Origin: Firmicutes bacterium UBA5435 | GTDB lineage: Bacteria; Bacillota; UBA5435 | Direction: 5' to 3' | Assembly (NCBI GenBank): GCA_002426645.1 | Contig: DIRN01000023.1 | Span: 4,947-68,946 of the forward strand | DNA length: 64,000 bases | Shown: positions 61,047 to 64,000 of the stretch, in pieces | Layout: the number at the start of each line of letters is the position of its first letter | Numbering within the stretch: position 1 is the stretch's first letter | The notes under the pieces: generated by a model | Database searches by the model: none | The model's input: the letters and a program-made list of their open reading frames with translations, nothing else | Told to the model about the DNA's origin: nothing | Translations under genes and position numbers: made by a program

Positions 61047-62174
61047 ATGAGCAGAAGACATGTTAAAATCCTTACTATCTGGGTATTTTTTATATTTTTT
61101 TGTTCTTTCTTAATCTTTGCTGAGGAAGGATATGAAAAACGTCTTACTTTGATAGTAGGAGAGACGAAGATCATAGATATCAATGATCTTGTGAAAGTGG
61201 CAGTAGGAGATCCTAATATAGTGGATATACGAGTTCTCTCCCAAGATGAACTCCTTATAAATGCTAAAGGGGAGGGTGTGACTTCCATAGTCATCTGGAC
61301 CACTAAAGGGAGGGAAACCACGCTAGTAGAGGTTAGAACTCAGAAGGCGAGGGATGAACGGCTAGCAACGGAGATATCAAATGCAATATCTCGTAAAGAG
61401 GTTAAGGTGAGCGTAATTGAAGGAGTAGTTATTCTTGAAGGGGAACTTTCTAATGATGTTGAGATTGAAAGAACAGAGAAGATAGCACAGATCTATTCTC
61501 CTGGACGTGTACTTAATCTTATTAGGACCCCTTCTAAATTACGCCAGGTTGAAATGGAAGTTCGTATTGCAGAAGTAGATAAATCCTATATTCAGGACTT
61601 AGGTATTGGTGAGGTTGACGGTGTAATATCCTTTGGTATTATAGAGCAAATCAATCTTATGTCGACCAAGCTAATAGCATTATCAGAAGAAGGGAGGGCT
61701 AAACTCCTTGCAAAACCTAACCTCGTGGCTTTAAATGGTCATGAAGCAACGTTTTTAGTTGGTGGCGAAGTCCCTATACTTGTTAAAGAAGAAGGGAGTA
61801 TAAGCGTAGATTGGAAGGAATATGGTGTTCGCCTCAGTATAAAACCAACTATAACCAAAGGAGAGGATGGCGAAGAGTATATTTTATCTACAGTTTGCAC
61901 AGAAGTTTCTACTTTAGATTGGACTAATAGCGTTAAGATAGAAGGGCAGGCTATGCCTGCTATAAGAACAAGGAACGTTGACACTACTCTTCAGTTAGCA
62001 ACTGGAGAAACTCTTATTTTGGCTGGTCTTATTCAGAATCACGAATCTCAGAATATAAATAAAATACCTATATTAGGGGATCTCCCTATTCTCGGATTAC
62101 TCTTTAAATCTGTTGAGTTTACTACTAATCAGACTGAATTAGTTATATTTATAACACCATCACTCATAGATTAA
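61047..62174 (+). CDS. cpaC: Tad pilus secretin CpaC/RcpA
   Basis: VAVGDPNIVD N-domain, BON-like domain, secretin motifs LAKPNL, FLVGGEVP, IPILGDLPILGLLFKS, ELVIFITP. Confidence 0.9.
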   Translation: MSRRHVKILTIWVFFIFFCSFLIFAEEGYEKRLTLIVGETKIIDINDLVKVAVGDPNIVDIRVLSQDELLINAKGEGVTSIVIWTTKGRETTLVEVRTQKARDERLATEISNAISRKEVKVSVIEGVVILEGELSNDVEIERTEKIAQIYSPGRVLNLIRTPSKLRQVEMEVRIAEVDKSYIQDLGIGEVDGVISFGIIEQINLMSTKLIALSEEGRAKLLAKPNLVALNGHEATFLVGGEVPILVKEEGSISVDWKEYGVRLSIKPTITKGEDGEEYILSTVCTEVSTLDWTNSVKIEGQAMPAIRTRNVDTTLQLATGETLILAGLIQNHESQNINKIPILGDLPILGLLFKSVEFTTNQTELVIFITPSLID

Positions 62175-62316
62175 GAAAATGTAGAGCCAAGTTTCACATA
62201 ATGTTGCATAACATGTAGATATTTTAATCTCTTAGACTTGATGTATTAACGCATTATTCTTTATTAACGTAAGTATGGAAGGGTGGTGTGTGGGTAGTTT
62301 TTCTACTCAGTTATAG

Positions 62317-64000
62317 ATGAAAGAAGATAAAGCAGAGAGCTTATTGTTAATGAGCGCTAAGGATGGTGCGGGAAAAACATTTTTAACAGCAAATCTTGGA
62401 GCTGCCTTAGCTAAAAGAAATGAGAAAGCCGCTATTATAGACTTCTCAGGGACAGGAGATGTCTCTATGTTTATGGGGCTCTATGGTGAACCCGATATAA
62501 TTTCACTAAAGGAATTATATGAATTAGATGAACATGAATTTAAGAGATACCAGAATTTTTTCTTTGAAGAGAAATTGACTGTTCTCTCTATTTATCCGCC
62601 CAATAATGAAGAAGAAATAGACTATTTAAAGGATATTATATTGCGTCTTAAAAAAGAAAGGAAATACATTATAATTGATGGAGAACTGTGGTCTTTTATA
62701 GATAAGATATGTAAGAGGGTACTTGTATTAGCCTTGCCCAACCCCATTAATTTGCGTCTAACAAAGGCTCTAATAGAGAAGTTGAAACTATATAAAAGCT
62801 CTAATGATCTCTATGTAGTACTTAATAAAACAGAGAAAAGACATGAAACTGATATAGGTGGGATTGAGAAGTATATAGATCTTCCCGTTTTAGCTTCAGT
62901 GGCGCTTGACATTCGTGCTATAAATGGAGCTACCGAAGGGCAAAAACCTTTTATCTTTTCTAATCCTAGGAGCTCTACGGCACGAGATATCTCTTTACTT
63001 TGCCAACTTCTTACTTCTCAAATTGATAAGAGAGGTCCAGAGAAACGGCGGAGTTTTTTTAACCTTGAAGCATTAAAGTTACCATTTAACTCTAAACCAG
63101 TAGAAGAATTATCGGAATTAAAGGAGACTGTTGAGCCCATTTCTTCTTCGGAAATAAAGCTTAAGGTCCATAGGCAGCTTATAAATGACTTAGATATAGA
63201 AGAACTAGACCTTGAAACACTTCTTGGTAAAGGAGTAAAAGTACGGCGTCTTCAACAAAGCGTTGAAAGAAAAGTAATGGAGCTCCTAAGGACAGAAATA
63301 GGAGAGAAAAAATTAACCAGTAATGAGGGTAGAATGCTCTTTGAAGAAATAATAGATGAAGTCATGGGACTAGGGCCTCTAGAATCTCTTTTGCGAGATC
63401 CAGGTATCTCTGAAATAATGGTAAATGAAGCAAAGCAAATATTCGTTGAACGCAATGGTAGGTTAGAGATGACTGAAAAGGAATTTTATGATGACGGACA
63501 GGTAATGCGGATAATAGAAAGGATTGTTTCGCCTATAGGCCGACGTATAGATGAAAGTAATCCTATGGTAGATGCCCGTTTACCTGATGGGTCTAGAGTA
63601 AATGCTATAATCCCTCCCCTGGCCCTTAAAGGCCCTACTATAACTATACGGAAGTTTTCTAATGAGCCTTTTACAGTAGATGATTTAATTAGATTTGGTA
63701 CTCTTAATCATAAGATAGCTAAATTTTTACGTATTTCTGTAACTGCAAGGAGGAATATAATAATTTCTGGAGGGACTGGATCGGGAAAGACCACCCTTTT
63801 AAATGTTTTATCGTCTTTTATTCCTCATAACGAAAGGATAATAACTATAGAGGATGCAGCTGAACTTCAATTGCGCCAGGATCATGTGGTTTCTTTAGAA
63901 GCTCGTCCAGCTAATATAGAGGGTCGGGGAGCAATAACTATAAGAGATCTAGTCAGAAATGCTTTACGCATGCGTCCAGATAGAATTATAGTAGGAGAGG
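62317..64000 (+). CDS. Fused CpaE/TadZ (ParA/MinD-like) + CpaF/TadA ATPase (runs off the window)
   Basis: One stop-free frame: KDGAGKT..NLGAALA N-domain, then GLGPLESLL, VDARLPDGSRVNA, GGTGSGKTT, LRMRPDRIIVGE. Confidence 0.88.
   Translation, partial: MKEDKAESLLLMSAKDGAGKTFLTANLGAALAKRNEKAAIIDFSGTGDVSMFMGLYGEPDIISLKELYELDEHEFKRYQNFFFEEKLTVLSIYPPNNEEEIDYLKDIILRLKKERKYIIIDGELWSFIDKICKRVLVLALPNPINLRLTKALIEKLKLYKSSNDLYVVLNKTEKRHETDIGGIEKYIDLPVLASVALDIRAINGATEGQKPFIFSNPRSSTARDISLLCQLLTSQIDKRGPEKRRSFFNLEALKLPFNSKPVEELSELKETVEPISSSEIKLKVHRQLINDLDIEELDLETLLGKGVKVRRLQQSVERKVMELLRTEIGEKKLTSNEGRMLFEEIIDEVMGLGPLESLLRDPGISEIMVNEAKQIFVERNGRLEMTEKEFYDDGQVMRIIERIVSPIGRRIDESNPMVDARLPDGSRVNAIIPPLALKGPTITIRKFSNEPFTVDDLIRFGTLNHKIAKFLRISVTARRNIIISGGTGSGKTTLLNVLSSFIPHNERIITIEDAAELQLRQDHVVSLEARPANIEGRGAITIRDLVRNALRMRPDRIIVGE

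Overview
Chromosomal segment of an AT-rich Firmicute (Bacillota). A Tad-pilus secretin suggests it is diderm (has an outer membrane). In order: the end of a type I restriction-modification locus (hsdS, hsdR) with an IS remnant; a MetF-MetV fusion, leuB, sbcD-like and addBA; a LysM/M23 peptidase; hflKC; smc-ftsY-ylxM-ffh-rpsP-khpA-rimM-trmD-rplS-lepB-rnhB; a cold-shock gene, Psp/Lia-type genes, rimO, rhomboid and amino-sugar genes; gltX; two pseudogenes; CIRCE-groESL; hpt-guaA; MTA salvage genes; tRNA-Gln and tRNA-Glu; and the start of a Tad/Flp pilus operon. The most notable observations are: (1) about 13-14 unrelated genes whose Shine-Dalgarno (SD) lies 25-75 nt upstream of the start codon, with a stem-loop in between that would restore normal spacing; (2) a tandem inactive+active JAB/MPN protein between smc and ftsY; (3) two well-punctuated candidate ncRNAs on the minus strand (4789-4958, 56497-56618); (4) a CpaE-CpaF fusion; (5) an IS200/IS605-type remnant between groES and groEL. 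All calls come from reading the sequence; no searches or folding programs were run.
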